Positions 10,611 through 23,065 of a stretch of 29,318 bases of DNA are shown here, piece by piece. Location of the stretch: IMG/VR virus record IMGVR_UViG_3300017761_002137, positions 1-29,318 of that record; one strand, given 5' to 3'. Under the pieces are notes generated by a model. It made no database searches, had not been told where the DNA came from, and saw only the letters and a list, made by a program, of their open reading frames with translations. The stretch's first letter is position 1, and each line of letters starts with the position of its first letter. Made by a program: the position numbers and the translations under genes. Source of the DNA: a virus. Its lineage: Duplodnaviria > Caudoviricetes.

Positions 10611-11768
10611 ATGTCAGAACAAACACAAGAAGCACCAACAACAACAGACTCGGCAATCTCTAATTTAAAGAGTGCGCTAACATCCATTGCTAACAATGAC
10701 CTTGCTGTCCAGCAGCCGAAGGAGAGTAAGCCAATTGAGCCTACTCAACCTTCACCAACAGAAACAAAACAAGAGACGCAGACCGAGCCTGCTGGAGCAA
10801 GCGAGGAAAATAAAACTGAAACTACTACTAAAGATGTTCAGTCCGAAGTAGAGCCAACTGAAGACAAGGCTAAGATTCGCTGGAAAGAATTGAAGCAAGC
10901 AGAGACTGAACTTAAAACCGCACAGCGAGAACTTGCAGAACTTAAAGCCAAGGGGGAAGAGTATGAGCAAGCCGCAAGTGAAGTATCTGAACTTAAAGAA
11001 CAACTTGAAGCTATTCAGCAAGAGCGCGAAGCACTTGATGGAGAACTTTATCTAACAAGGGTTCAGTCAACGAGGGAGTGGAAGCAATACATTGCAGAAC
11101 CTCTGAGCCAAATCATTCAAGACGCAGAGTTTTATTCCCAAAGAAATAAGACGGACGCTGGAGAGCTTATCAATGCACTTCAAGCTGATAGTAATGGTGA
11201 TCCAGCACAACTTGAAAACTTGATCTCCGATTGGTCTGAACGGGATAAAACAAAAGTTTGGGCATTGGCAGATAACTTGCTTCAGATCGAAAAGCGCAAG
11301 GGTGAGCTTGAAACAAATTCAAAGGCTGCATACGAGGCTTCTATGGAGCGTCAAGGCAAGGAACAGCAGGATCAATATAAGCAATATATTGCTCAAAGAG
11401 AAACTGCCGTGAGTGAGGTTTTGCCAAAGATCAGCGAAAAGGTATTTAGTCTTTTGCCGGAAGATAAAAGGCCGGATATGAACAAGCTTCAGCAAGAAGT
11501 TATGGGTTACGATGAGTGGCCGGAGAATCTCAAGGTTTACGGAATTCTTGGAGCAACCGTTCTTCCTGACTTGGTTGACCAAATCACTTCGCTTCAACAG
11601 CAATTGAATGAAAGTAAGGAAAACAATATAAAGCTTCGTGGTGGCGCTCCTGCTGCCGCTGGTGGAAATTCCCCCAGAACTCCAGGCGAAACATCAAAGG
11701 CAGTTGACTACACAAAGGTTGATACAGATGACTTTGTTAAGAGTCTTGTAAGCAGAATTTCTGGATAG
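10611..11768 (+). CDS. Capsid scaffolding protein
   Basis: Acidic, low-complexity N-terminus and long coiled coil, directly upstream of the major capsid gene; ATG 10611 (MSEQTQ) preferred. Confidence 0.7.
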   Translation: MSEQTQEAPTTTDSAISNLKSALTSIANNDLAVQQPKESKPIEPTQPSPTETKQETQTEPAGASEENKTETTTKDVQSEVEPTEDKAKIRWKELKQAETELKTAQRELAELKAKGEEYEQAASEVSELKEQLEAIQQEREALDGELYLTRVQSTREWKQYIAEPLSQIIQDAEFYSQRNKTDAGELINALQADSNGDPAQLENLISDWSERDKTKVWALADNLLQIEKRKGELETNSKAAYEASMERQGKEQQDQYKQYIAQRETAVSEVLPKISEKVFSLLPEDKRPDMNKLQQEVMGYDEWPENLKVYGILGATVLPDLVDQITSLQQQLNESKENNIKLRGGAPAAAGGNSPRTPGETSKAVDYTKVDTDDFVKSLVSRISG

Positions 11769-11792
11769 CGTTGCATTGGTGTAGATGCTAAG

Positions 11793-11828
11793 TAGGGCGG
11801 GATTAAAAACCCCGTCCTATTTTTTTTT
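11793..11828 (+). terminator. Rho-independent terminator after scaffold
   Basis: TAGGGCGGG-N9-CCCGTCCTA stem followed by a 9-T run. Confidence 0.85.
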
Positions 11829-12072
11829 ATTATTGTTAAAAATAATGCTTGCTTATTTTAACAGCGTAACTTATTTGTCGAAGTGCAAGTTGTAGGACTT
11901 GTTTAAAAATCTTACATGGATCGCTGATTCCTTAACATCAGTAAATAAATTGAGCTTATAAATCCGAAAGGTCTTTGAGGTGGCTCACCAAAGAAAAATA
12001 ACACAATTACATTTGGCAACTTAAAAGCTCTTGTAATTCACAACCAAACTTAAAATAGAAAGATAAAATAAT

Positions 12073-13260
12073 ATGTCTCAGTATAATCTCGCTGATGTAA
12101 ATAATCAGCTTCAACAGGAAGCCGGACGAATCGGTGAAATGATTTCGTCCAAACTCATCGCAACTGACCCTTGGAATCGTCTTATCAAACAAGACAACTT
12201 CCCTGCTGGAATGGGCGAATCCATTCAGACTCTTATCCAAGAGCGCACAACTGTTCCTAACGCATCCTCGACTGCGTGGGAAGATGTTGGAACTAATGAT
12301 GGCACTGGCAATACTTGTAACCCAACACCACAGGTTGTTGAGTTTGCTCGTACTCTCAAGAGCTACAACCTGCAACAGTCCGCTATCCGTTCTCCTGGCT
12401 TCTGTGTGAATGATCTTCGCACCGCTTGGAAGGCTGAAGAGCAGCTTGCTGGTGAAGTTAAGGTTCTTAAAGAGAACTCCCAGTGGTTCTGGAGCAATCG
12501 CTACCGTGATGAGTTTTCTCGTCTCGCTGGCAACAAGGTTGTTACTGATGTTAACGACTCGTTGGCAATGTCCACAAGCGGATCGAACCAAGCGTTCCCT
12601 GCTGCGGCTCCTGCTTATGCGCTCGACCAAGGTATCCTCGATCAGTTCTATCTTGATCTCTCCCGTGATGCGGCTGAAGGTCATTATGCAATGGTTGATG
12701 GTGAGCCTCAGTATGGTCTCATCTGCTCGCCAGAAACAAGCAACTACCTCAAGAAACAGAATGCCGATATCCGTCAGGACTTGCGCTTCTCTTCGCAGGT
12801 TGATGAGCTTATCAAGCCATTCGGTGCTGCATTCAGCTACAGCGGCTTTGTCCACTTGGTTGATCGTCAGGCTCCTCGCTACAACTTCGTAGGTGGCGCG
12901 TTCGTTCGTGTGCCGTTCTTCAGCACTGCCCCTGCCAACACTGGCAACAAGGCTGTTGTGAACCCAGCATACCGCACCGCTCCTTATGAGGTTAGCTTCA
13001 TCTACAACCCACATGTCTACACCTCGCGTGTTGCACAAGTTATAACAAGCCCAGGTTCCGGCCTAAAGTTTGATCCTGTTAACTATCGTGGTGAGTTCAT
13101 GTGGATCAACAACAAGGATAATGCGAACAACATCCTTGGTGTGAATGGTTACTTCTACGCTCTGTTCATGCAGGGTTCACAGCCAAAGCGCACTGAGTGG
13201 GGTTATGCTATCATGCATCTCCGTTGCTCGCCAGCTACGCTGTATCAGACCTGCTCCTAA
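12073..13260 (+). CDS. Major capsid protein
   Basis: 395 aa, follows the scaffold, strongly biased codon usage (AAC, TTC, ATC, CGT), flanked by terminators. Confidence 0.8.
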   Translation: MSQYNLADVNNQLQQEAGRIGEMISSKLIATDPWNRLIKQDNFPAGMGESIQTLIQERTTVPNASSTAWEDVGTNDGTGNTCNPTPQVVEFARTLKSYNLQQSAIRSPGFCVNDLRTAWKAEEQLAGEVKVLKENSQWFWSNRYRDEFSRLAGNKVVTDVNDSLAMSTSGSNQAFPAAAPAYALDQGILDQFYLDLSRDAAEGHYAMVDGEPQYGLICSPETSNYLKKQNADIRQDLRFSSQVDELIKPFGAAFSYSGFVHLVDRQAPRYNFVGGAFVRVPFFSTAPANTGNKAVVNPAYRTAPYEVSFIYNPHVYTSRVAQVITSPGSGLKFDPVNYRGEFMWINNKDNANNILGVNGYFYALFMQGSQPKRTEWGYAIMHLRCSPATLYQTCS

Positions 13261-13274
13261 GAGCTAACAGATCA

Positions 13275-13316
13275 AGCGCGGGGAGGTATTGAGCTTCCCC
13301 GCGCTAATCTCTTTTT
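13275..13316 (+). terminator. Rho-independent terminator after capsid gene
   Basis: AGCGCGGGGAGG-N7-CTTCCCCGCGCT stem followed by AATCTCTTTTT. Confidence 0.8.
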
Positions 13317-13338
13317 GTAACTTTAACGAAAGACAACT

Positions 13339-13647
13339 ATGGACGAAAATAAAAAAGGCGGTCTTGCGGTTATGATTGGTATGGGTGCAGCTTCTAATGA
13401 AGTGGTTTTTACAGCACCGGAAGGAATGGATGTTTCAGAAATGAAAGAAGGCGAGGAGAAAGAAATTCTTGCTATGGTTCGCTATGCTGGCGATGGACAA
13501 TTTACATTGGTTTCTGTTGATGGATACCCACTCGCTGAATCTGGTGACGAAGAAATGCCAGAAGGATATGAAGATGGTGAAGAAAACGAAATGGAAGAAG
13601 AAGAGTCTTATCCACAACGACTTCAATCCCGCGCAGGATTGGCATAA
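13339..13647 (+). CDS. Highly acidic hypothetical protein
   Basis: 102 aa, E/D/M-rich. Confidence 0.65.
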   Translation: MDENKKGGLAVMIGMGAASNEVVFTAPEGMDVSEMKEGEEKEILAMVRYAGDGQFTLVSVDGYPLAESGDEEMPEGYEDGEENEMEEEESYPQRLQSRAGLA

Positions 13648-13648
13648 T

Positions 13649-13801
13649 ATGGCACAAGCTCCAGAACACGGAGATTCGGAATACAATCTTCTGCTAAAGA
13701 TAGCGGAGAACTTTGGCGTTATTGTTGAGCATGGAGATTCAAAAGAAGTTTTGCTTTACAAGATTGCTGAAAAAACTTATGAATCAACAAATCAAACTTA
13801 A
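13649..13801 (+). CDS. 50-aa protein with two HGD-x4-LLxKIA repeats
   Basis: ATG 13649 (MAQAPEHGDSEYNLLLKIAE...EHGDSKEVLLYKIAE) lies 1 nt after the previous stop; the longer start at 13469 overlaps the previous gene. Confidence 0.65.
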   Translation: MAQAPEHGDSEYNLLLKIAENFGVIVEHGDSKEVLLYKIAEKTYESTNQT

Positions 13802-13816
13802 TTAGAATTTAAATAT

Positions 13817-16320
<2,504 letters not shown>

Positions 16321-16324
<4 letters not shown>

Positions 16325-17565
16325 AATTAACGGATTCCAGTGCGGCAAATGTAGGATTAAACGCAGTAAGAACAATTACATCTGCGACAAGTGCGTTCCG
16401 GCAGTTTATGGTTTACTCGGCCACAACCATTTCGTCGGTTATTTCTGGTGCAATCGGTATTATTAAAAATGGTAGTGGCACATTAACACTTTCGGGGAAC
16501 AACACTTTTACTGGAGGAGTAACCATATTGGACAACGGTATCCTCACTCTTGCAAACGCAAACGCCGCTGGAACTGGAACGATATTTCTCAAATCAACTC
16601 AAACTGGAGCTTTTAACACTCTTACAGTGAATGGTGGACTTACCATAGCCAACCCCATCAGCATCGACAGTAGCACAGGCCGCGAGGGTATAGCCAGCAC
16701 GGGAACAGGCAACACCAGTTTGACAGGGGGCATTGCAATAACAACGCCAAATTCGACAACGATTTATATCAGCAACACGCAATCATCTGGAAACCTTACC
16801 GCGTCTGGAGGCATCAGCGGATCAACATTTGTCGGAACAATTTCGTTGCGAGGAAGTCAGTCCGGAAATAGTTCGTTTTTAAACGGAGTAATATCATTGT
16901 CACCAACCACATCATTCGTTGATATTAACGCAACTGGAAACTGGACGCTCAATACCGCTGGAAGCACTTATGTTCAGACGATAATAAACGGGGCTGGGAG
17001 TTGTGTTTTAGGAGTCAATAATGCTCTTTCAACAAGTTCTTTTCTGAACAATGCCGTGACCACCTCCACTGGCTCAGTTGATTTAAATGGATACAACCAA
17101 TCGCTCGGAGGTTTGGCCTCGGTTGTTCCTACAACCGGAAATGGTGTACGCATAGTTAATAATGGATCAGTCAATTCGGTTTTAACTATTGCAGGCATGA
17201 CTGGAGATCGAACACATAACGGAACGATTGTGGACGGCACGACAAATAACATTTCTGTCGTTATGAATAGTGCCGGGCGCATACAGATATTTAATCGTGT
17301 TAATACCTACACAGGATCAACAAGCATCACCGCAGGAACACTCAGAATTGCCGCTCTAATCAGTGGGCCTGCTGGTAAATTTTCGTTAGCAAATTTTACA
17401 AACACAACACTTTCTGTAACATTTACTACTGCTCCACTCGTGGGTGAGACTTACCGATTGCTGCCCGGAGCCACAACGCAAACATACGCAAGCGTGACAC
17501 TCGTGGGCGCACCAAGCCGAACCGCAACTTACAATTCTGCAAATTCAACTTTAACAATAGCATGA
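16321..17565 (+). CDS. Adhesin / receptor-binding protein with autotransporter-associated beta-strand repeats
   Basis: IIKNGSGTLTLSGNNTFTGGVTI and NTYTGSTSITAGTLRI match the passenger-associated repeat consensus; T/S/G/N-rich; no beta-barrel or signal peptide seen. Confidence 0.75.
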
Positions 17566-17753
17566 TAATTCCGCCTAATGAAAACGGATGGTCGTTTGAT
17601 GAGTCCATTAATTGGAAATTGGTTTATTCTGAAAAAACAATTATATTTTACGAGCAAACCGACCAAGCTATTTCAACGCAGGAAGTTTTATTTGTAGGCA
17701 CGGAACAAGAATGCGACGATCAGATTAAATTACTCGACCTTAAATACCCATAA
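17562..17753 (+). CDS. Small acidic protein, possible fibre chaperone
   Basis: 63 aa, ATGA overlap with the adhesin gene. Confidence 0.5.
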   Translation: MIIPPNENGWSFDESINWKLVYSEKTIIFYEQTDQAISTQEVLFVGTEQECDDQIKLLDLKYP

Positions 17754-17772
17754 CAAACAGAAGAAACAGAAA

Positions 17773-17955
17773 ATGGATACGAACTCATTTAACGCAGGAA
17801 TGGCAGGAGTGTTAGCTACAGCGACATCTGTGGGAATTTCTTTCTTGCCAGAAATCGAACAATGGCTTCGCGTGGGTTCTCTTTGCATTGGTATTGTAGT
17901 TGGCATAGCATCGCTTTCTGTTATCATCAGAAACTGGAACAAGAATAAAAACTAA
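17773..17955 (+). CDS. Small membrane protein, holin-like
   Basis: 60 aa, two hydrophobic segments, basic C-terminus. Confidence 0.5.
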   Translation: MDTNSFNAGMAGVLATATSVGISFLPEIEQWLRVGSLCIGIVVGIASLSVIIRNWNKNKN

Positions 17956-17956
17956 T

Positions 17957-19717
17957 ATGCCTATCACATTTCCAACACCAACAACTATTGGGGAGCAATT
18001 TTCATCCGGCGGGAAGACGTGGGAATGGAATGGTTATGCTTGGAATTCTGTAGCTAATGCATCTGCTATTGGAGCAACAGGAGCTACGGGTGCAACAGGC
18101 ATTACTGGAGGGGCTGGAGCAACTGGCGCAACAGGCGCAAGCGTGACGGGAGCTACTGGTGCTACGGGAACCGCTGGAGTAGACGGAGCAACTGGTTCTA
18201 CAGGAATTGGTAGCACAGGCGCAACAGGAATCGGTAGCGTTGGAGCGACTGGAGCAACTGGTATTTCTCCAGATACCTCTACGTTCGTTCAAAAATCTGG
18301 AGACACAATGACGGGTAAGCTTACGCTTCCAGCGTCAACAACAGTAAATAGTGGTTTAAATATCCCATACGGAGTTGATCCTACCTCTCCTAATTTGGGG
18401 GATATTTGGGCAATATCTACTGGTATTAGAATGCGAAGAGGAACAAGTGGATCGCCGGAAACAATAGATTTAGCAACTCTTAAAAGTAATGCTTTTACTG
18501 CATTACAAACAATTAACGCTCCCGTTACTTCTGGTAATACTTTAACAGTAACAAATTCAGCCGCATTTAATACTCCGAGTTCTGCCGCCGCATTTACATC
18601 TACTGGAACTTCTCCAACAGTTCTTGTAACTCAAAACGGCAATGGTGGCGGATTGAAAATCACAAACACAACGGGAACAGGAGACTGTCTTCGCATCGAG
18701 GACGAAACTCCAACTCCAGACACCACTCCGTTTGTTGTAAGTGCAACTGGCAAGGTTGGAATTGGTGTAGAACCCGATAACTTAGTTGCGTTAAAACTTG
18801 ATTCCACTGGCATCAAGTTTGGTGACGGAACCATTCAAACTACAGCTACTATTGCAGGGGCAACAGGAGCTACTGGCCCATCGGCAGGTGGAGGAACAGC
18901 TAACATACAAATTTTTACATCAATCTCAACTTGGACAAAACCAACAAACGCTAAATCCGTAAACATCCAACTTTTTGGTGGTGGGGGGGGTGGTGGTGGT
19001 GGCAGAAAAAATACTTTTTCTGGAGCGCAAAAAGGTGGAGGTGCAGGTGGTGGCGGGGGAAGTTATTTAAATATAACAATTCCTGAAAGTGTTTTAGGTA
19101 ATACTGAACTTATTACTATAGGTGCTGGCGGAACAAGCGGCACAGGGACTGCAATAAATGGAAATGGTGGGGTTGGTGGAACTGGTGGAAATACAACATT
19201 TAACTCTTTAATTTGTGCAGGCGGGAATGGTGGTGGATTTGGTTCGGATGGTGGAGGCGCGGGAGGTATTGGAATTTTACAAGCAAATAATGGCGGTAAT
19301 GGAGGATCATCTACACCCGGAGGTGTTGGTTTGCCAACTTCTGCTACTACTTTTACTCAATATGGTGGTGCTGGAGGTGGTGGCGGAGGATCAGTTTCTG
19401 CTACACCGGGAACATTTTTCGCAGGAGGCACTGGCGGAAGATCAAATGTTTTAAATTATATCGGTGGAACAAGTGGGGCGGTTGGAGTTGATGGCGGGGC
19501 AGGAATAAATAACGCATCTGCAACAACTGGTCTTTTTTCCGTTGGATCAGGTGGTGGGGGGGGTGGTGCGGGAATTATTGTTTCTGGAGGCAATGGAGGC
19601 GCAGGAGGATTTCCCGCAGGTGGCGGTGGTGGGGGGGGGGCAACTGAAACTGGCGCAACTTCTGGTGCTGGTGGCGTGGGCGGTGCAGGCATGGCAATTA
19701 TCACAACTTATTTTTAA
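17957..19717 (+). CDS. Collagen-like fibre protein 2 with Gly-rich C-terminal domain
   Basis: N-terminal FPT..TIG...[11 protein letters not shown] motif, GAT repeats, central module paralogous to fibre 1, then IFTS..TWTKP...GGGGGGG glycine-rich domain. Confidence 0.85.
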   Translation: MPITFPTPTTIGEQFSSGGKTWEWNGYAWNSVANASAIGATGATGATGITGGAGATGATGASVTGATGATGTAGVDGATGSTGIGSTGATGIGSVGATGATGISPDTSTFVQKSGDTMTGKLTLPASTTVNSGLNIPYGVDPTSPNLGDIWAISTGIRMRRGTSGSPETIDLATLKSNAFTALQTINAPVTSGNTLTVTNSAAFNTPSSAAAFTSTGTSPTVLVTQNGNGGGLKITNTTGTGDCLRIEDETPTPDTTPFVVSATGKVGIGVEPDNLVALKLDSTGIKFGDGTIQTTATIAGATGATGPSAGGGTANIQIFTSISTWTKPTNAKSVNIQLFGGGGGGGGGRKNTFSGAQKGGGAGGGGGSYLNITIPESVLGNTELITIGAGGTSGTGTAINGNGGVGGTGGNTTFNSLICAGGNGGGFGSDGGGAGGIGILQANNGGNGGSSTPGGVGLPTSATTFTQYGGAGGGGGGSVSATPGTFFAGGTGGRSNVLNYIGGTSGAVGVDGGAGINNASATTGLFSVGSGGGGGGAGIIVSGGNGGAGGFPAGGGGGGGATETGATSGAGGVGGAGMAIITTYF

Positions 19718-19735
19718 ATGATCGAACAAATCAAA

Positions 19736-20026
19736 ATGAAAACACTACTACTAAAAGCACTGTCGTTACTTACCGGAGCATCTAAATCTGTATTGGAGTT
19801 TATTATTCCAATCTTGAAACATAGCACTGCGAATATCTTAAAGGCACTGCTTCCAATTGCCGTTGAAGTTGTATCTTCTTTGGTAGACTCTTCTGCAAGT
19901 GGAGATGAGAAGCGCAAGATTGCTGGAGAAAGAATCAAGCAAGCCGCACTTAAAGAAGGTATGGATGCCTCTACAAGGGCAGTTAACCTTGCAATCGAAC
20001 TGGCTCTTTCCCGCATCGGAAAATGA
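19736..20026 (+). CDS. Holin-like protein
   Basis: Hydrophobic N-half, SGDEKRKIA and VNLAIELAL resemble LL-H-type holins; start may be 19718 or 19736. Confidence 0.45.
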   Translation: MKTLLLKALSLLTGASKSVLEFIIPILKHSTANILKALLPIAVEVVSSLVDSSASGDEKRKIAGERIKQAALKEGMDASTRAVNLAIELALSRIGK

Positions 20027-20484
20027 ACGGAGACAAGCCATGGTGGCAGAGTAGGACGATCATTGGAATCGTTGTTATGCTGCTCGCTCAAGCTTTAAAG
20101 TGGTTCAATGTAGATATCATAAACGAAGAACTTACGGACATTGTTACTATTGCTATGGAGATGGCGGGTGCAGGACTTGCTGTTTACGGGCGCGTGAAGG
20201 CTCGTAAGACGCTTCGCAGGACAAGACCAGGGGGATTGTTCAATCCCAGTGCAGAAGTGCGTAAAGCAAAGCCCGTGAGAAATAAGATATTCGGTTTGCT
20301 TTTGGCAATGACTGCATGCTCGTATGGTCAGATGTATCCATCAAATGTCTGGTATGAGAACCCTATTAAGTTTACCGAGATTGTAGATCAACGCTCATTC
20401 CTTGTTAGGCTTATTGATAGCCTCAAGTATAGCATTGCGTTGTTCCCGCTCAAGGGAGAGATCAAGGGTTCTGCTGACTTTTAA
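20023..20484 (+). CDS. Membrane protein of the lysis module
   Basis: KPWWQSRT followed by two transmembrane-like segments; directly upstream of the endolysin. Confidence 0.55.
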   Translation: MNGDKPWWQSRTIIGIVVMLLAQALKWFNVDIINEELTDIVTIAMEMAGAGLAVYGRVKARKTLRRTRPGGLFNPSAEVRKAKPVRNKIFGLLLAMTACSYGQMYPSNVWYENPIKFTEIVDQRSFLVRLIDSLKYSIALFPLKGEIKGSADF

Positions 20485-20486
20485 TT

Positions 20487-21041
20487 ATGCCTAAAAGAAT
20501 TGACATGGCTGGGTTCATCTTGGATTCAGAAGCCCGTAGGGACAAACAAGGAAACCTCAAGGTCTATGATCTGCCTGCCGCTGATGGTGGTGGATCGTAT
20601 GAGGTTGCCGGAATCAATGATCGCTATCATCCAGAAGCTGCGAGGAAGTTGAAGAACCTTATTCAAGAGGGTAAGCATTTTGAAGCAGAAGAATATGCAA
20701 AGGCATATCTAATGGACTACACAAATGTAGTTAGCAACTGGACTCGCAACCCTGCTGTTGAGGCATTCCTTCGTGACACAGCTTTTAATCGAGGGCCGAA
20801 AGGTGCATTGCGTATTTTGCAAATTGCATTGGGAGTTCCAGACGATGGCAAGTTTGGCCCCGTTACCCAAGCGGCTATGGGGAATGGAAGTCCAGCAGAA
20901 CTACTGGATAAGCTACGCAAGGCAAGGGAGACATATGAGATTCGTATAGCACCTCCGGTTGGAGCGAGAAAGCAGTTCTGGGCAGGTCTTCAAAACAGGT
21001 GGGACAATGCGCTAAAGTTTAGTAAGGGATTTATTGTTTAA
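20487..21041 (+). CDS. Endolysin, GH108-like with peptidoglycan-binding region
   Basis: SE...DGGG.YEVAGI catalytic-like region and DTAFNRGPKGALRILQIALGVPDDGKFGPVT. Confidence 0.8.
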   Translation: MPKRIDMAGFILDSEARRDKQGNLKVYDLPAADGGGSYEVAGINDRYHPEAARKLKNLIQEGKHFEAEEYAKAYLMDYTNVVSNWTRNPAVEAFLRDTAFNRGPKGALRILQIALGVPDDGKFGPVTQAAMGNGSPAELLDKLRKARETYEIRIAPPVGARKQFWAGLQNRWDNALKFSKGFIV

Positions 21042-21046
21042 CAATT

Positions 21047-21184
21047 ATGGAACAAAAAGATAGTCAGACCAAAGAGTTGGAAAAAGAAAACGCAAAACTT
21101 AAAGAAATTCTAAGGCAATGTCTCAAGGCAAGGCAGATTGCCCATGTAAAACAAATCATTAGAGAGGCGTTTACAAATGAGTGA
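21047..21184 (+). CDS. Small coiled-coil protein (45 aa)
   Basis: Read manually: MEQKDSQTKELEKENAKLKEIL...; below the ORF-track cutoff; fills the gap. Confidence 0.5.
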   Translation: MEQKDSQTKELEKENAKLKEILRQCLKARQIAHVKQIIREAFTNE

Positions 21185-21461
21185 TGCAATCAAATCAGCA
21201 ATGAAACGGCTTGGTGTGTCCGGTGTGAATAAACCTAAACGGACACCAGGAGCAGCGAAATCCCATGTAGTTCTTGTGAGTGACAATGGAAAACCAAGAA
21301 CGATTCGATTTGGACAACAAGGTGTATCCGGCTCTCCCAAACGCGAGGGTGAGTCTGAGGCAGATCGCAAGCGTAGGGCATCATTCAAAGCTCGCCATTC
21401 AAAGAATATTGCTAAAGGAAAAATGTCTGCTGCATATTGGGCTGATAAAACTAAATGGTGA
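21177..21461 (+). CDS. Conserved basic phage protein
   Basis: IRFGQQG...RRASFKARH...K.SAAYWA...W pattern, common in aquatic phages. Confidence 0.7.
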   Translation: MSDAIKSAMKRLGVSGVNKPKRTPGAAKSHVVLVSDNGKPRTIRFGQQGVSGSPKREGESEADRKRRASFKARHSKNIAKGKMSAAYWADKTKW

Positions 21462-21498
21462 TAAGCCAATAGTTTACGCAAGCGCATTAAAATTATTT

Positions 21499-21526
21499 TT
21501 GACTTGTTCACATTTATTGTTAGTAT
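21499..21526 (+). promoter_or_regulatory. Sigma70-like promoter
   Basis: TTGACT-N16-TAGTAT with extended -10 TGn, 9 nt before ATG 21536. Confidence 0.65.
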
Positions 21527-21535
21527 CCCAACAAC

Positions 21536-21820
21536 ATGAAGCACATCTTCATTAAAATTGATGGAGTGAAATGGAAGATTCTTTTTAAGAAACCAACGCC
21601 AAACGATTACATTGGAGTTGAAGAAGATGACATTGGGCTTTGTGTATCTGAAGACAAAAAGATATTTGTAACACCAGACCCAGATATGGTTCTTGGCACT
21701 GCAATGCACGAAGTTCTTCATGCCTCATTCCCTCAATTAAACGAGGATGCTATTATTGTTGGAGAGAAAGCCCTTGTTCAATTGTTGGACAAATTCCCTA
21801 AAGAACTATTACAAAAATGA
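21536..21820 (+). CDS. Small HExxH zinc metallopeptidase-like protein
   Basis: IGLC...KIFV...TAMHEVLHA. Confidence 0.6.
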   Translation: MKHIFIKIDGVKWKILFKKPTPNDYIGVEEDDIGLCVSEDKKIFVTPDPDMVLGTAMHEVLHASFPQLNEDAIIVGEKALVQLLDKFPKELLQK

Positions 21821-22047
21821 GCTTACGTTACGAACAACTAAATTCACTGGTTAAAACACAGAAATTCCTGCGTGATCTTTTGTATACAGACACTCGACCT
21901 AAGAAAGTATCTGAACTGAAAGAGAGAGCATACAGATGCCTTCGTCATTTTCCACATTTGAAAGAGAATGGAGAGCCAATGTGGAGTCAGGATGACTTCC
22001 CGTGTCCTAAAATTCAACTCATAGAAGAACATGGCGACAATAAATAA
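21817..22047 (+). CDS. BPSL0761-like protein
   Basis: MSLRYE...TQKFLRDL...ERAYRCLRHFP resembles the family pattern (recalled, not searched). Confidence 0.55.
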   Translation: MSLRYEQLNSLVKTQKFLRDLLYTDTRPKKVSELKERAYRCLRHFPHLKENGEPMWSQDDFPCPKIQLIEEHGDNK

Positions 22048-22765
22048 ACAATGGAAGAAATGGATGGCGGTTAGTTGTTCTCACGGAGATCACCTTGACC
22101 CAGAGGCCAGAGACGCTGTGCTTAGATTTAAGGAGAGTTTTAAGCCAAATACTGCCATCCATCTCGGAGACTTCATTGACGCAGCAGCGGCTCGTTCTGG
22201 AGCAATGAATGACCCAAATGCAGCAGATCGTGCAGCATCAGTAGCGGAAGACCTTTCTGCTGGTGTTGATTTCCTACAAGAGCTTCGCCCAAATCATATC
22301 CTATACGGAAACCATGAGGACAGATTGTTCAGGCTTGCCAATTCGCCTAATGCGTTAGCGGCCCATGCTGCAACACTGGTTATCCAAGAGATTGAGAAGA
22401 CTGCAAAGAACCTAAAGGCCAGGACATATCCATATGATATGCAGTCACATCCTATAATTGGAGGCACAAAATTTATCCACGGCTTTATGTATAACGTAGC
22501 CAGTATTAGGGATCACGCAGAAACATTTGGAAATTGCATTATGGGGCATGTGCATCGCACTGGCATAGAACAAGCAAGAACACTCAATGGGGCTACCGGA
22601 TATTCAGTTGGTATGTTGATGCGCTTTGGTGCTGACTATTCCAAAACGAAACGCCAAACGCTTGCCTGGACGCAAGGATTTGGTTACGGATTTTACACAG
22701 ACACACAGATAACAGTAAATATATGCGAACGAAAAAGGGGAAACCCGTGGATGTTGCCGCTATAA
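22031..22765 (+). CDS. Calcineurin-like metallophosphoesterase
   Basis: CSHG, GDFID, GNHE, IHG and GHVHR metal-binding motifs. Confidence 0.85.
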   Translation: MATINKQWKKWMAVSCSHGDHLDPEARDAVLRFKESFKPNTAIHLGDFIDAAAARSGAMNDPNAADRAASVAEDLSAGVDFLQELRPNHILYGNHEDRLFRLANSPNALAAHAATLVIQEIEKTAKNLKARTYPYDMQSHPIIGGTKFIHGFMYNVASIRDHAETFGNCIMGHVHRTGIEQARTLNGATGYSVGMLMRFGADYSKTKRQTLAWTQGFGYGFYTDTQITVNICERKRGNPWMLPL

Positions 22766-22986
22766 ACTCTGCTTGGCAGGGTTTGTTCGACCAAAGCAAA
22801 ACTAATTCTATTGAGGGGCTTAGAAAGGATGGGTGGATTTCCATCTATGAGGCATCTAAGAATATGAATAGATCGCGGCCTGCTGCAAAGGCTGCACTTG
22901 AAAGAGCGGGTGCAGAGTACAAACAATTTGTAATTATTGCTGGAGGCTTTGCGCGGAAGACCGGGTTCTTTAGGCTTAAATGCTGA
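22747..22986 (+). CDS. Hypothetical protein, possible HTH
   Basis: GWISIYEASKNMNRSR HTH-like segment; start uncertain (22723 or GTG 22747). Confidence 0.45.
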   Translation: MDVAAINSAWQGLFDQSKTNSIEGLRKDGWISIYEASKNMNRSRPAAKAALERAGAEYKQFVIIAGGFARKTGFFRLKC

Positions 22987-22987
22987 A

Positions 22988-23015
22988 GGGGGAGAGGATT
23001 TTAACCCCCTCCCCC
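22988..23015. terminator. GC-rich hairpin between convergent operons
   Basis: GGGGGAG...CTCCCCC inverted repeat; no clear T-tract. Confidence 0.45.
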
Positions 23016-23065
23016 ACCATGAACACACAAGCCTGGACGCACACACGCACCCAGCTATGTGTAAT

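Noticed and set aside
11849-11877. Sigma70 promoter for the capsid gene
   Set aside because: TTGCTT is present but no convincing -10 box lies at 16-18 nt spacing.
12007-13038. 343-aa minus-strand ORF over the capsid gene
   Set aside because: Antisense shadow explained by biased capsid codon usage; no motifs.
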